A stretch of DNA of 64,000 nt from Laetmonice hystrix (taxonomy: Eukaryota), in the NCBI GenBank assembly GCA_965235115.1, contig OZ249442.1:18848001-18912000 (forward strand), in the 5' to 3' direction. The stretch's first letter is position 1. Every line of letters begins with the position of its first letter. This document shows positions 1-12,400 of the stretch, piece after piece. The notes beneath the pieces are model-generated. The model was not told the origin of the DNA, made no database searches, and was given only the letters and a program-made list of their open reading frames with translations. A program made the translations under genes and the position numbers.

Positions 1-10
1 GCCACCTCAC

Positions 11-132
11 CTGTCTCAGCCAGGTAATTATTCCGGCCTTTATCCGCCTCATGAACGGTAACATGATAGGAGGGCACACTCTAGTTTTATTTTTGCCACA
101 GTCCTCGTTTTTCTGCCACTCTTCTTCTACAT
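11..132 (-). CDS. Candidate internal coding exon, product unknown
   Basis: Minus strand reads ...gacatttacag|AT GTA GAA...AGA CAG|gtgagg. It is 122 nt with one open frame (VEEEWQKNEDCGKNKTRVCPPIMLPFMRRIKAGIITWLRQ) and a good donor. The polypyrimidine tract is weak, I recognise no domain, and its phase does not join directly to the 1464-1529 candidate. Confidence 0.2.
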
Positions 133-1463
133 CTGTAAATGTCATGCCAGGTCATCTTAATACCATCATGAGAGGGATAAATTTTAAAAGGGTTAAAAAA
201 ACAGGCACACACGACCAAATTACCTTGAATTGGGGTGGGTGGGTGGGGGGTTGATGATCACACTAATCACAGTATTTGTGTATTCATATCTCATTGTTTT
301 GTAGTCAATATGTATTAGATGTGGACGTGTGTCTTAGTTGGATTTCTGATTCCAAGGTCGACCTGTGTATGTTTCCTACTTAACATGTTGGAGCAGATTA
401 ACGGGTGGAGCAGATTCCACATGGCTGACCCGGCCTGATAATCCTAAGGACGGCCTATCCAGCCTGCCCCCGCCCCCCGACCTTACCCCCCCCCCCCCGG
501 CCCGGACTGTCTGCTGCAGCACTGTGTCCCCTCGCAGGCCAGCGGTGATGCTCATGTCAGAGACTGGCGATGGCAATGTCGGCCATTTTATCTGGCTGCG
601 TCACCTCTCTGGCCAAGTTAATTAGTGTAGAAGGATGATTGATCACGGAGCAGCAGCCGGAGCAGCACCTCAGCCTCTTGGCCCGCCAAATATGGCCAGC
701 ACCACCGACCGACACAACCTTACAGATGCTGCAACCCGCAATCTGAAGTCTCTTGCCAGTCAGTGGCGGAAAAGGAGCATTATTTTGTATTCAGTTTCAA
801 AGGAAAGGCTTCGTTTGAAACGTGTGAATATGGTATTCTTGATGAAAACGTTTGAGAACTTAAAGGTTGGGGTGAATTCTTATCTGAGTTGAAGGGGACT
901 TTTATTGGGGGTTATTCAACAGAAGAGGCTGAGGCCCGGCTGAACCCCATGTACCTGCAGGTACTCCAGGTTAAATCAATACAATTTCGGTTAAACTAAA
1001 GGGTTTGGGAAGTGGTTTCAGATGCTTGTGTCTCGGCTTCAGTAAACCTTAGTCAGTCGGCAGAGATTAATAAACCGATACGTGTATTCTAACTGGTAAC
1101 GGCAAGTCTATACTCTGAATTCGTCATTTAGGGAGGCAAGTCAACAGACACAACATGAAGACTAGCAAGAAGAGTTTACGGACAGGAGAGACTGCCCCAA
1201 AAAACCTATGTTAAGTTGTTCCTTTGTTTCCAATTAATCAGCCAACACGCAAAAGAGATTTATTTTTCCAGATTTACATTATGACAAACTAATTGGATCA
1301 ACATCTCGAGCCTTCCTTATGTGATGTTATAGTGATTATATGTATATGTAATGTTTATACCCATTAGGAACTTTAACTAGTCCCATTATTGTCTCCGTCT
1401 TTGAGATGAGCTCATTGTGGGAAAACATTTCTTATTCTATCTGATGAGCGCCGGCCCATTTAC

Positions 1464-1529
1464 CGGTATGCGTGTTCAGAGATGAAGAATTCCATATGTT
1501 CTTCCTCATTTAGCTCCATGTTAAAAACA
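1464..1529 (-). CDS. Candidate 66-nt coding exon, product unknown
   Basis: Minus strand reads tttctgattagccttgcag|TGTTTTTAACATGGAG...GCATACCG|gtaaat. Only one frame is open (VFNMELNEEEHMEFFISEHAYR) and the ATG at 1519-1517 is in good Kozak context (aacATGG). No family recognised. Confidence 0.3.
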
Positions 1530-3463
1530 CTGCAAGGCTAATCAGAAATATGCATGTTTCATGGTCTGTGACCTATTAACAGTAATTAAAATAGGCATAC
1601 ATTTTCTTAATTACCATATAGTTGAGAGCAAAGAGGTCCATTTTTCTGATGTTACATGTCATAAAATGGATCCATTTTCTTAATTGAATGAACCATCCAC
1701 TAATTAGAACCCCAAGGACATGCCATGTTGACAAAATGCAATTAGTTAATTAGTATTTGAGATCCACATCCTCTGTATGGAACAACCTTGTCTGAAGATG
1801 CTGTTAGATGATTACATTATTTTTTTTTATATTCAAAACCTCTGAGCTTACTTCACGGACACTTGTACCATGATTTTCACTTCAGTAACACCCATCTGTT
1901 CTTCGTTTCTCTGTTATTCTCCCATTCATTTACTAAATAATTCTTTGTTGTACTTTTGACTTAGGGGTTTATCTCGCAAAAAGTATTAAGGGCAAGATAA
2001 CTGTATTATTCTCAGAGACAACCCCAACTTCATACATCAGTGAAGTTTATTTCTTTGTTCATTCTTGGCCTCTGATCAATGCAACGTCACCACGAAGGGT
2101 TGTGGTAGGAAAGATAAAAAGTTCGCGTCGGAGGTGACCAGTTTTTGTGTGCAATTCTGTAATGGATAAAGACTATTATAGCCTACCATTTCCAGTTTAG
2201 CACTAAATTAAGATGCAGTTCATGTTCATCTTAAGAAACTTGATCAGGAATATAGCAGGAAACCTCGTATAGCTTCTTCATTCAGCGTGATGAATGCTTC
2301 AATAGTTTGGGATAGTCTCAGATATCAAGAATATATTGAACTGGGTCATATGTCCAATATTAGGTGCAAGACATTTCAAAGAAATAAGATCAAATGTGTC
2401 AATGTAATTGTTACGTTTAAGGCATTAGTTATAAACTAGATACCACAGCTTTCATTATTCACCGCTGGTGGCCTTTAGCATCTGATAGCGAGTTCACCAA
2501 TGATGCTAAAAATGAAAGGTCATATAATCCACCTGTTTACATCTGATCTACTAGTCATGGATAAGAAAGACATTGAAGAGTAGTTCCAGAGAATAGCATT
2601 TCCGTCACAAGTTCTACCTTATGCAATTCAGTGAAGTTTAAAGGGAATACATGTAGGTCTAATATGTCATATTATTAAAATGCGATATTTTTCAAACAAT
2701 TGTTCTCCACAACCAGTGAAATATCACTTTACCTTTTTGAGTGGATTTGAGGTATACATGTACAAAAAAAAACTTATGCATTAATTCCCTGGTTGGGGCC
2801 AATTGCACCAATTGTAGCACCTTTTCAGTTGGTGCACTACAATTTAAAAGGAAGCATCATACTGGGAGTGGGAGTTGTCCCTGATTTTGCTAGTCTTTTG
2901 CATTATATTTCTGATACATTGATATGTAGTTGAGATACGGTTGCCCTGTGAAATGTGTCGAGATGGAGGGGTCAGAATTTCAAAACAAGGACATGATGAG
3001 TGGCTATGAAAAAAATATAACTGGCATAGTGCGATAGCTGGCGGTACACACAAATCACACCTTGTACAGGTGAAAATAAATTGAAATTCTTTGCCCCATA
3101 TACATGTGTATTAAACTTTAACTAACAAATTTGTCTTATGTCAGTGACCATTGGCCTTGATTGAATTTGAAGGGAAAATCTAGGTCAACAAAACTAGGTC
3201 AAATGGCAACTGATTGGTTGATTATTTGTCCCAAGGTCTGCATAGATATGCCTTTTTGAAAGGGGGGGGGGGAAGGGGCAAAGTCTATCAAATAGGCCCT
3301 ATGCTTTTATAAACAACATTTCATTTATCAGAAAACAGAGCATGGAAAACATACTGACCATAGCATAGGCCTAGTCCTTATGAGGTTTCAAAATGACATT
3401 TTTATTTCATTAATTTTTACTCCACTGCATGTTCTCTGGAACTGTCAATACTTTTTGCTTAAC

Positions 3464-3514
3464 CTTTCGCAAGAGTAATACTAGTAGACCGGCAACGCAA
3501 GTCACAACTTTCAT
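3464..3514 (-). CDS. Candidate first coding exon with a signal-peptide-like N-terminus (exon 3464-3518)
   Basis: Minus strand has a CTAAC branch point and ttgccttttcag acceptor, then GCTT ATG encoding MKVVTCVAGLLVLLLRK, then a weaker donor AAG|gttaag. It lies 649 nt downstream of the donor at 4167. Confidence 0.3.
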
Positions 3515-4167
3515 AAGCCTGAAAAGGCAAGTTAGGTGAGGCACGGTAGATCTAAGTTCTAGCGTGTGTTAGATCGATTTGCCTTGACGGCTACCTGTGC
3601 CGACAGTACTATCTGTCTTCAGTTTTATTGATAATGTGCTGCTGTATCCCCCTAGTCTCCCTAACAGTTAGTGTCAATGTGGAGACAATGACAGGGATTC
3701 TGTGCCTACCCCTGTCCGTAACCGACCGTCGTTATCGGACACTGACGGTCAATTCGTGACAGCTCAGCAGCTGTCAATGAAGACGGTGAACCGTCCTGCT
3801 CGACCCATCCCACCATGATTGACGGCATTTTACCAAACAAATGTCACTTACTGAAGAATATGGCAAAACATGGAACATCATGGCATTGCCAACGGGGGGT
3901 TATTTCAAATACGTGTTCATTTCGTACATGACACTGGCGCTCAGCGATGTCTTGGCGTTCAGTGGGCGGAATTTGGTGAATCTGAGGCCTCTCACTCAGT
4001 CAGTGCTGACAGTGACACACTGTCAACAACATGGCACTCACAAAGATTTTTACTGCACAGACGCAAACTATTGGTGGATTCCATTAATTAAGCATACCTA
4101 TCTATAGGGTAGCTGATGCTGCGTGTGTCTGTCCTGATGGATCGACCGTTATATACCGTTTACTCAC

Positions 4168-4240
4168 CAAAACTCTGCTCGCAAATCGTGAAGCGAGCCC
4201 CGCTCCTAGACGATGGCGGCCGCCATGATGGATATCCCAG
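4168..4240 (-). other. Candidate non-coding first exon (5' boundary approximate)
   Basis: A strong donor TTG|GTGAGTA (GT at 4167-4166) lies just downstream of the YY1-like palindrome, at the edge of CpG-rich sequence. Confidence 0.3.
4213..4226. promoter_or_regulatory. Palindromic double YY1-like site
   Basis: Perfect 14-bp palindrome ATGGCGGCCGCCAT gives ATGGCGG on both strands. An NRF1-like GCATGCGCA lies at about 4273-4281. Both motifs are typical of animal housekeeping promoters. Confidence 0.45.
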
Positions 4241-6182
4241 AATTCCCTTCGAAACCGGCGTACCTAATTGAAGCATGCGCACCCCATTCTAATTAATTTT
4301 TGAATAATTAATTAGCACAATAAAATATCCACTTTTCATTTCGTGTTATTTTTAGCCGTTCCGTCAGCCGATTCTCAGACGTGATTCTGAGTGGGTAGCA
4401 CTCTAACAGGACTTGGTGTGACTCGCTGTGTGCCGTAGACATGCTCAAATGGACAGAAGTGGTAGGAAAGTCGAGCGCCAGTAAGTTGACAGCTTTTCTG
4501 ATCTGTGATAGACTGTGCACTAGCAAACGCGTTAGGCCTAGTCGATCTGACCGTAAGTTCTGTGTGGCAAGAGCCATTTTCCGCATGAGCATGTTTGTTA
4601 ATTACAATTATATCTAATTAGTCAGCATCTCTATTCTAACCACGCCACTGACCCGTGTCATGGGGGTGTGTCAGGTGAGTTGTCGGGGAGCGGGATGCAT
4701 GCACACAGTCCCGGCTGGCCAGCTGACCGTCCGCCGCCGCATCTCGCCTGCCCGGCCACTTTCGGCGGATCAAAACACTACAGCCGGGGCGACCACGGCA
4801 GTGACCTTGCTGATGTCACGGCTAACCCAGATAAGAGGCTTCCGACCGCCGGCCTTGCATTTTTAATTCAGCTATTGTTAATCAGCGTATTCTATCTGGT
4901 CGACCGGCGGGTGGGCGCGCGGATCGAGGCAGCGTGGGAGAAGAGGCGGTGATCAAGTCGAGTCAACCCGCCGGACTGGGGGGAACACGTTGTCGCCGCT
5001 CGTCCTGATCGGGACCAAAACACACCGGAGGACCATGTGCAACTCGTGCGCGTGAGTGTGGCATTTTGTGTAGGGGAATTCCGCGGGCGACGCGTGGGAA
5101 AGCAGTAGAAAGACAGATCGGATTGGGGACTGAAATGTCAACACCGGACCGGCCTGGTAGTCAGCTAGACGGAAGGGCAAACAGATGCGGCTGGGCTCGG
5201 CGGCATGGCCGTTGCCTGCCCCGGGTTGACCCAATTCACGCCCGGAGCGCCCTGCCGTAGACCCCTCCCGAGACCCCGGCTACCTTGGCCCGGGCGGGAC
5301 TTGACGGGAGGTCTTCCGGGCCAGCGACCCTAGAAGCTGGGTTGTAACCCAAAGTAGGACCGGGACCATCTCCGGGTTAGGCCGCGGGAGGAGGGAGGAT
5401 GGGCCGCCGTATGTTTTGGTTGTGGTGTATGAATGGAGGGAGGCGGGGAAAGTTGGCCAGTGAGCGATCGGCGAACAGTAGCGGTGGGGACTGTCGGTGG
5501 AGCGCTGTGTGGTGACGCCCGCCCCAGACTCCTCCCCTAAGCGTCTGGGGGGAAGCGCCGTCTACGGTCTAGCCACTTGCTGGGGCCCGTGTAGGCATTA
5601 ATATTTCAAAGTCAGACACTGTCATGCTTGGTAACTTTGTTGTGAAACCCCTGGCATGCCTGTAGTGGGGTTCTGTATAGATCATTGTTTGCCAGCTGAG
5701 GTGATGGGCTCAAGCCACCCCCAACACTCGTTACACTGCAGCCGAGAATCGATCGAGCGCGGTGAAACCCAATTTGTTGATATTTTGTAGGCATTTACCG
5801 CGGTCACTGCCGCCGCCCGTGCAGGGGAGCATGGCTATGAACCGAGTCGTAGTAGGGGGAGGGGCTGGGGGGAACACCGCATGGCGATGTGTACGTCGGA
5901 AGCTGTCGCTCTCCCATGTGATGCATGGGAATCCTGAGGCAGCACCAGCAGACTCGGTACTCGACGGTGGGTGCTCGCCCTGACGGCCTGAGCGAGTGAG
6001 CGTCACGAGCAGCAAACGCCTGGCTGGGATTTCACAGCCATGTATTCAAGGAAAACTAAAGTAAAGGATTAGGTTTATTGCAGTAAAGAAAGAAAACTCG
6101 TGAACAACAACAAATAGTAAAATACTAGGCCTCGGCATTCATCTTCAACGGGGGTTCAGGGCAGTTTTGAAAGGCATATGGC

Positions 6183-6463
6183 CAGTGACGTATCCAGAAA
6201 TTGGGGGGGGGGGGGGGGGGTCGAAGTTTAGGTACATCAGAGATGGCCAAGTTTAGGTACTTCAGAGATGGCCATAGGGATACTATCAAAAAGGACATCA
6301 AATAATGCAATCTCTGGACATCTAATTCTTGTGTGGAAATACGGAGGTTTCCTTTAAAATAATGCACTTTTTACACTCCTGTTTTCAAAAATGTCAAGTA
6401 TTCTTTTTAACAGGGTGGGGGTGGGGTGTCGGGGTACTTGGAAACCCCCTGGATACGCCACTG
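6183..6463. mobile_element. MITE-like non-autonomous DNA element, 281 bp
   Basis: TIRs are CAGTGACGTATCCAG (6183-6197) and CTGGATACGCCACTG (6449-6463), matching at 14/15. ATGGC flanks both ends (6178-6182, 6464-6468). Inside are a poly-G run and a 25-bp tandem duplication (6224-6273). Confidence 0.8.
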
Positions 6464-9400
6464 ATGGCGTTGTATGAGCGATCGCCCATCCCCTTTATTG
6501 TCAAGCTGGAGGGGGGGGGGGGCCTTTGCTCCACAGCATGGACATGGAAGTTTATGATCACTAACCACTAAAATGCGGCATTCCTCAAAGAACTGAGCTG
6601 CGTCGTTTTTACAGACCTTGGTCGTGGGTTATGTCACCGCCATGCATTGATTGGAATCGGTGCAGGAATAATCTTCGTCAGAGACAGAGGCAACAGGTAT
6701 TGGATCATGTGAATGATATAGTGATGGGGGAGGGGGGTCGACGGACTTTTGTATGTGGGTGAAGGAGGGTGTAGGGGGGGGGGGGGTGTAGCTTATGGGT
6801 AAGTTTTTGAAAAAAAATACATCCAAATTGGGCCAATAAACTTTTTGGGGGAGTAACTGACATTTTTGAGGGAGCGGGGGCGGTTCTGCCCAAACGGACC
6901 TGCACTAAACCCTGGTACATGTATATCTACAGTCCGCTACCATTGACCATTATTTAGCGAGAATAAAAAAGAAAAAAACCAGCCCCCCCCCCCCAAGAAA
7001 AAAATACTGATGAACATTTAACGTGAAGCTAAATGTCAATATTGGGAATCCTTTTTCAATAGTTTCAGGTTAGCCTGTAGGTTGATGACTTGAAGAATTA
7101 CAAGTGAAGTCTCTTTTTGTTGGTTCAAATTAAGTATTACCGGGTACTTAAAATTGGTTTCCTTCATCCTTTCCTTTTTTCTATCATACTTTCCTTTGCT
7201 TTCTGCCTTTCTTACAAACATATCGAATTAAATGTGCATATAAATCATACGAGTAAAGGACAGGTTGACACTTGGAGATATAGAAGGTAAAAGGAGGTAA
7301 AAGTAGCATTTGCTATATCACCTCAGTCAGCTGCACATCACTGCTTAGAACCTGATCAGTGTGAATGCGAGCACCTGCGCTAAGACCTCAGCCAGCAGTG
7401 TAAAAGTACATAAGCTAATGAGTAAGGTGCATTTCCTTTCATTAGGTGGGATAAGGCCTGCCAATTTGAGACCTGACAGGGTGGACGAAAATGGCTTCAT
7501 GTCATGTTACAAAGAAGCAAATAATTATTGCCTAGGTCAGAGCATATGCAGGTTAATAATTAATTTTGCCAAAGCCTTGAAAGAATCGTGGCCCATTGCA
7601 TAGATGGTACAAAAGGGCAATATTTGCAATTAGAATTATTATTTTCTCAGCTTCATGAGGACAGGAAACTGAAGCGAATATGAGCATAAAGCATTGATGA
7701 TGTATTGATCGCTTGGTTGTGCCTGGTGAGTGGTGTTGCGGGGGAAACTCTGCTTTGTACACAGGCAGGGATCAATGTTCGCGGATCAGCTTGCCATTAG
7801 ATAAATTGAAAGTGTGAGAAAAAGTGCATGAAACAATAGGGGTGGTCATGCCGCCAGATGATGACACTAACAAAAGTCCCGTTCATGTTTGAAGGTTGTC
7901 CACCTGCTTCTTGGAGTGTCCGCACCGCCACATCATGGACGTCGAGAAACTACCTTGGGTATGCTGGCCTTAGTGAGAGTTTCTACAGTAGCAGTAGCAG
8001 CAGCAGGTTTAGGTAAGTGCACTGCACCTCATGCCCCCTTCTTTCTACCCTTCATCACAAGCTGGCCATTAATGAGAATATTGTCTTTGAGATTAATATC
8101 GATCAGCATGCCCCATCTGAGGGGCCATACAGAATATTTCCATCCGTAATTTGCATGGATATTATTATGCACAAGTTTGTGTTATGGTCTTGGTGCATGT
8201 TTCGCATTCATGCTGTGGGGTGGTGGGTTGGGAAGTGGAGATGGGGGGGGGGGGGATTAGGGACAAGTGACACGACGGCTGTGGAGAAAAGGGTGACAGA
8301 GAGCATGTCAGCACTCTGACGGGTATAATTACGACCCCCATAGCTGAACCAACCTCTTTAAAGTCTGCCTTTGTTATTAAGCCGAGGGAAGTCATTATGC
8401 TGAATCAATGGTAGAAGGGGTCTCTGCTTCAGTTCTCTGCCTTAACTTGAATTTTTATATGAAAAAAGGCAAGAGAGTTCTTTTTTTGGGGTTGACCTAG
8501 CCACCTAACGTATTGGGCTTTGGGTTCGATATGTGATTCATTCCAACAAGACAGAAGTCTCCTCATCACCATGTCCTCATTGTCTATTGAACTCTGGGGG
8601 TTGTTCCAGTGTCACTAAAAGGGCAACCGCATGACGCTCCACATCCAAATATTGCTAATATCAACATTTCTGCATGTTTCCCTTTGTTCTATAGCAGTGA
8701 AATAGGTGCCAGCTTCCCAGTGTCAGATAAGATAATGATAGAATCTCTATTTCTCTCCGACTTTCTGGGTTAGAGTTGCACCAAAGTGGAGGCGTGGATT
8801 CGTATACATTTGTACCTCAAGTTGAGCATGTAGCTTTGATCAGGGATCCGACAATAGGTGTGAATTGGGATGAAGCACAGCAGAAACCTTCCATACCCAG
8901 GGTTGACTGACATAACATTGATTACTCCATGACACAGTGCCTCTTGTCTGCAAAGAGATTAACTGATTTTGAAGAGAGTACCGTCAGTTCATTCAGATTT
9001 GGGGCATAAATTCAACAATTCTACTCTGGCTCCACAAAAGAAGAAGTTCCGCCGTCAAACAGTCAGTTCGGGTGAGGACCAGAATGAGTAAGCTGTTAGT
9101 TACTAACCAACAAACTAGCTTCGTTAGCTCGGTTCATTAGTTGAGTGATGTGACCAAAGTATATTTTGATTCGTTTCCAGAAAGGCAGCATCCAGCTGCT
9201 AAAGAATAGGGTGACTGCTTCCGTTGGGGTGTAAGATTCCAACTGTGGTTTAATTATCAAAGGCAGGGCGGTGGACTGCTTAAGGAAGAGAATTAATTAA
9301 AACTAGCCTTTGAAGGACTGCCAGGCCTTATCTTTTCTGTTCAGTTCACAGGGACTTTCATCCTCAGCAGTTTTCTATTATTTCCGTCATAATCCAACTG

Positions 9401-12400
9401 CATGAATGGCAGCGATTGTTTTGTCTCTGCAGACATCTCACCTGTTTGTTTGGTGCATTTCCATTGACGAGGAAAAAATGGTAATCTTTAGTATGTTGCC
9501 ATTGCTTCTGCTCTTCCCCTTTCCAGGCCCTTTGCCCCGTGACCTGATTTCTTGTGAAACATCAGCGCTTGACTGGGCAGCTTCTGTCACTCCTCACTCA
9601 CTAAATGGAGAAGAGACTTTGCAAGGAGGACGTCTTTCTTTTTGTCAGAAGGCAACATCACTGCCTTAGATTTGGAGCAAATAACTAATACTGTGCCATC
9701 CTCAATATGAGGAGGGACTAGGTTTTACAAATGCTTAATTAACACTAATGGCTGAAAGATTGTTTGCCTGCTGACTGCTCTTTTCAATTTTTTTAGGCTA
9801 GTAATTACCACCGAATACATTTTACATCTTGTTAATGCAATTCATGTACCATTAAAAGGCAGCAGTAACGCTTTGACAATTCGAAAAAGATCGTTCAAAC
9901 GTTTGGGCTATTAAATTTGTATTGCTGTAGTTCTGGCTAACTGCAGTAAATGTTCTCAAAAACCTGTCAAAGAAGTCTTTGTAGAATTCTGTGAGGGTGG
10001 AACGATGAATGCTCCTAAAAGCCTTGTGTCTTTGTGCAATACTTGATCGGCTTTTGGTGTATCAGTGTAAAGTAATTGCAGAAGTGACCATGTGATTAAT
10101 GTATTAAATCGGAATTATTGGAAGTTAGCGTTTCGATGCATCTGTGTTATGCGAGTGCAATTTGTTCCTTGCGTCTAAATGATGGGCATTGCTGAGAGGA
10201 AGATAGGAATAGTTTTAAAACTGGGTAGGTATTATTCAGCTGTGGCAGTTGTTTAAACCTATCATACATTAGTACCGGTATGTATGTGGGTGTCGAACAG
10301 TATCATATAGAGTCGAGTACCGGTATATTTTTTGCAAGGTGGGAGACCCCATCAGTGGCATGCTTGTATCACCTCGTTTTCCCTCCTATTCTCAATCAGC
10401 TTTGTTTAGATATGCCTGTCCCGCTGGTTAGGGACAGTGAGGGGGTTTGTGTATTTTATATGGGGAGAAGTACTGTTATCATCTTCATCATCAACATAAC
10501 GTACCGACTGTGATACCGATACCAACGGTTTCTTACAGAAGCTGGTGGGCTTGCTGTGCCCTAGATATCTTACTCTTTACCAAGAAGGCTTTTTGAGAGA
10601 CGGTCTAACTGTGAACTGGGTGCATTGTGGTTTGGAATCAGGCGGAGGTGTTGTGCTTATGGGAGGCCAGGGTCGACCCTGATGAGTGACTCAGTCTGCC
10701 ACACGTCAGGTCAGGATACACTGGCTAAGGTGCCACCAAGGCAGCTCCCAGCTAAGATGGTTTACCCTACTTGCTGGTAATCAAAACCTGCTATTTATGT
10801 GTGTGCAGATGGACAGATTAGCACATGTGGTGAACAACAACGTTTATCTGCACACAAGTTTATGTTTGTGATACTCTACCGCTAGGGGGAGGTTTAATGG
10901 CGGTAACAGAAGCCAGCCATTTGGGGAGGGGGGTAGTGATTGGGTGGGCGTACCCACCAGGCAGCGCCCACCAATGGACATTACCCATTTGTCCTCTTCT
11001 TTAGAAAACTCTTCGATGAAGGAACACGGATCTCGCCACTAATATTAGGGTTGTCTGGGGGTTCATGTAACTAGTGAACAAACTCATCCTTCCTCAGGAA
11101 GATTTCGGTGGTGGTGGTCTTTCTTGACTTTGAAGAGTTTATCTTATAGAGTCGCAAGGTAATGAAGTAGATCCGCCGATGGTAAAGGTACATCTGTTGT
11201 ATCTGAATGAGTTTTATTCTGATATTATTCATTGAATAGAATGAGCACAGTGTATCAGAAATCTGATCCTGTACGGCTGTACTTAGCTCATGAAAAGAGG
11301 CCCACATTGGACGGTATGTGTGCCACAGAGGTCCTCGCACACTTGGGGCACCCAGAACTGGATATAGCGGTTTTGATGACTCTATCCACCATATCGCCCA
11401 CTAGCCCATATCTATGCACAGTCCCACAATTTTTTATTGTCCATAAAAAAAGTAGATCAGAAACCTCATTGACATGGGGCGACCACTTGTGCTGCAGCCC
11501 CCAGCCTGGCAGACATTCAAAATATCCTTTTTCACATCGATAGTCTGAGGAAATTGGAACAAAGGATGCATATCCTGAAGGGGTATTATACTTGTCTTGG
11601 CAGAGTAGATGTTTAGGAGTTGACTGAGGTTTGGTGAATGATGAATAGAGGTATGAAAAGACAATAGAATAGAAATACTACGGGTACTGGTGTTTTGCTG
11701 CCAAGTGCCGGTGCATCACTTTCGTAACCATTGTATTGCAGTGTAGGTCTACATGTACGTTCGTTATGTTAAGGCACGTAGTATTTTATGCCCTCCTAGC
11801 TGATATTATCCACTGAGGTCAACAGGCATAAGGATAGTTTAAATAACTTCAAGAGATCGTTAATTTTTCTTAGGTGACACAAGGAGTCAATTAAGAATAG
11901 AGGATCTAAAAAACTTGACTGTTGAAGTGATCTATTCTTAACGTATCGTAGGCTTGACACATTCCCAGACAGTCGTAAAGGCATCCTTTGTCTTTGATGG
12001 CAGCTAGCTGGCTTAAGTGCATGGACAGAGTGTCACAAACCTTTTAGTGTAATGTGCTGTTCAGACAGACGTAACTTACAAATAACCCAGGGAATACCAC
12101 CTCCATATTCCATTCTGTGACCGGTAACTGTTGATTTGGGGAGAACGGGGGAGGGGGGGAGGCTGTACCAAGGACATAGTCTGACCTCGAGGTCTTGCTC
12201 TGTCGATGGTTAGTTTGTATGGTGACTGCTTGTCAGTGGGCATGATTAGGTGGCCGCCTCTGATATTAATTCTTTGTTAGTATGCATGTGAACTTTATTA
12301 TGTTAGTAGGAATAGTGTACTGTTGTCTTCATCGGGACATTTGAAAAAGTTTTATACAAGAAATCATAAGTGTAGTCGGACTCGGTTATGCTTACTGACA

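Larger units (their letters stand above)
4140..6010. promoter_or_regulatory. CpG-rich, promoter-like island (boundaries approximate)
   Basis: GC- and CpG-dense, for example 14 CpG in 4681-4800. It contains a plus-strand donor-like CAG|GTGAGT at 4674/4675 and is flanked by more AT-rich sequence. Confidence 0.45.
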
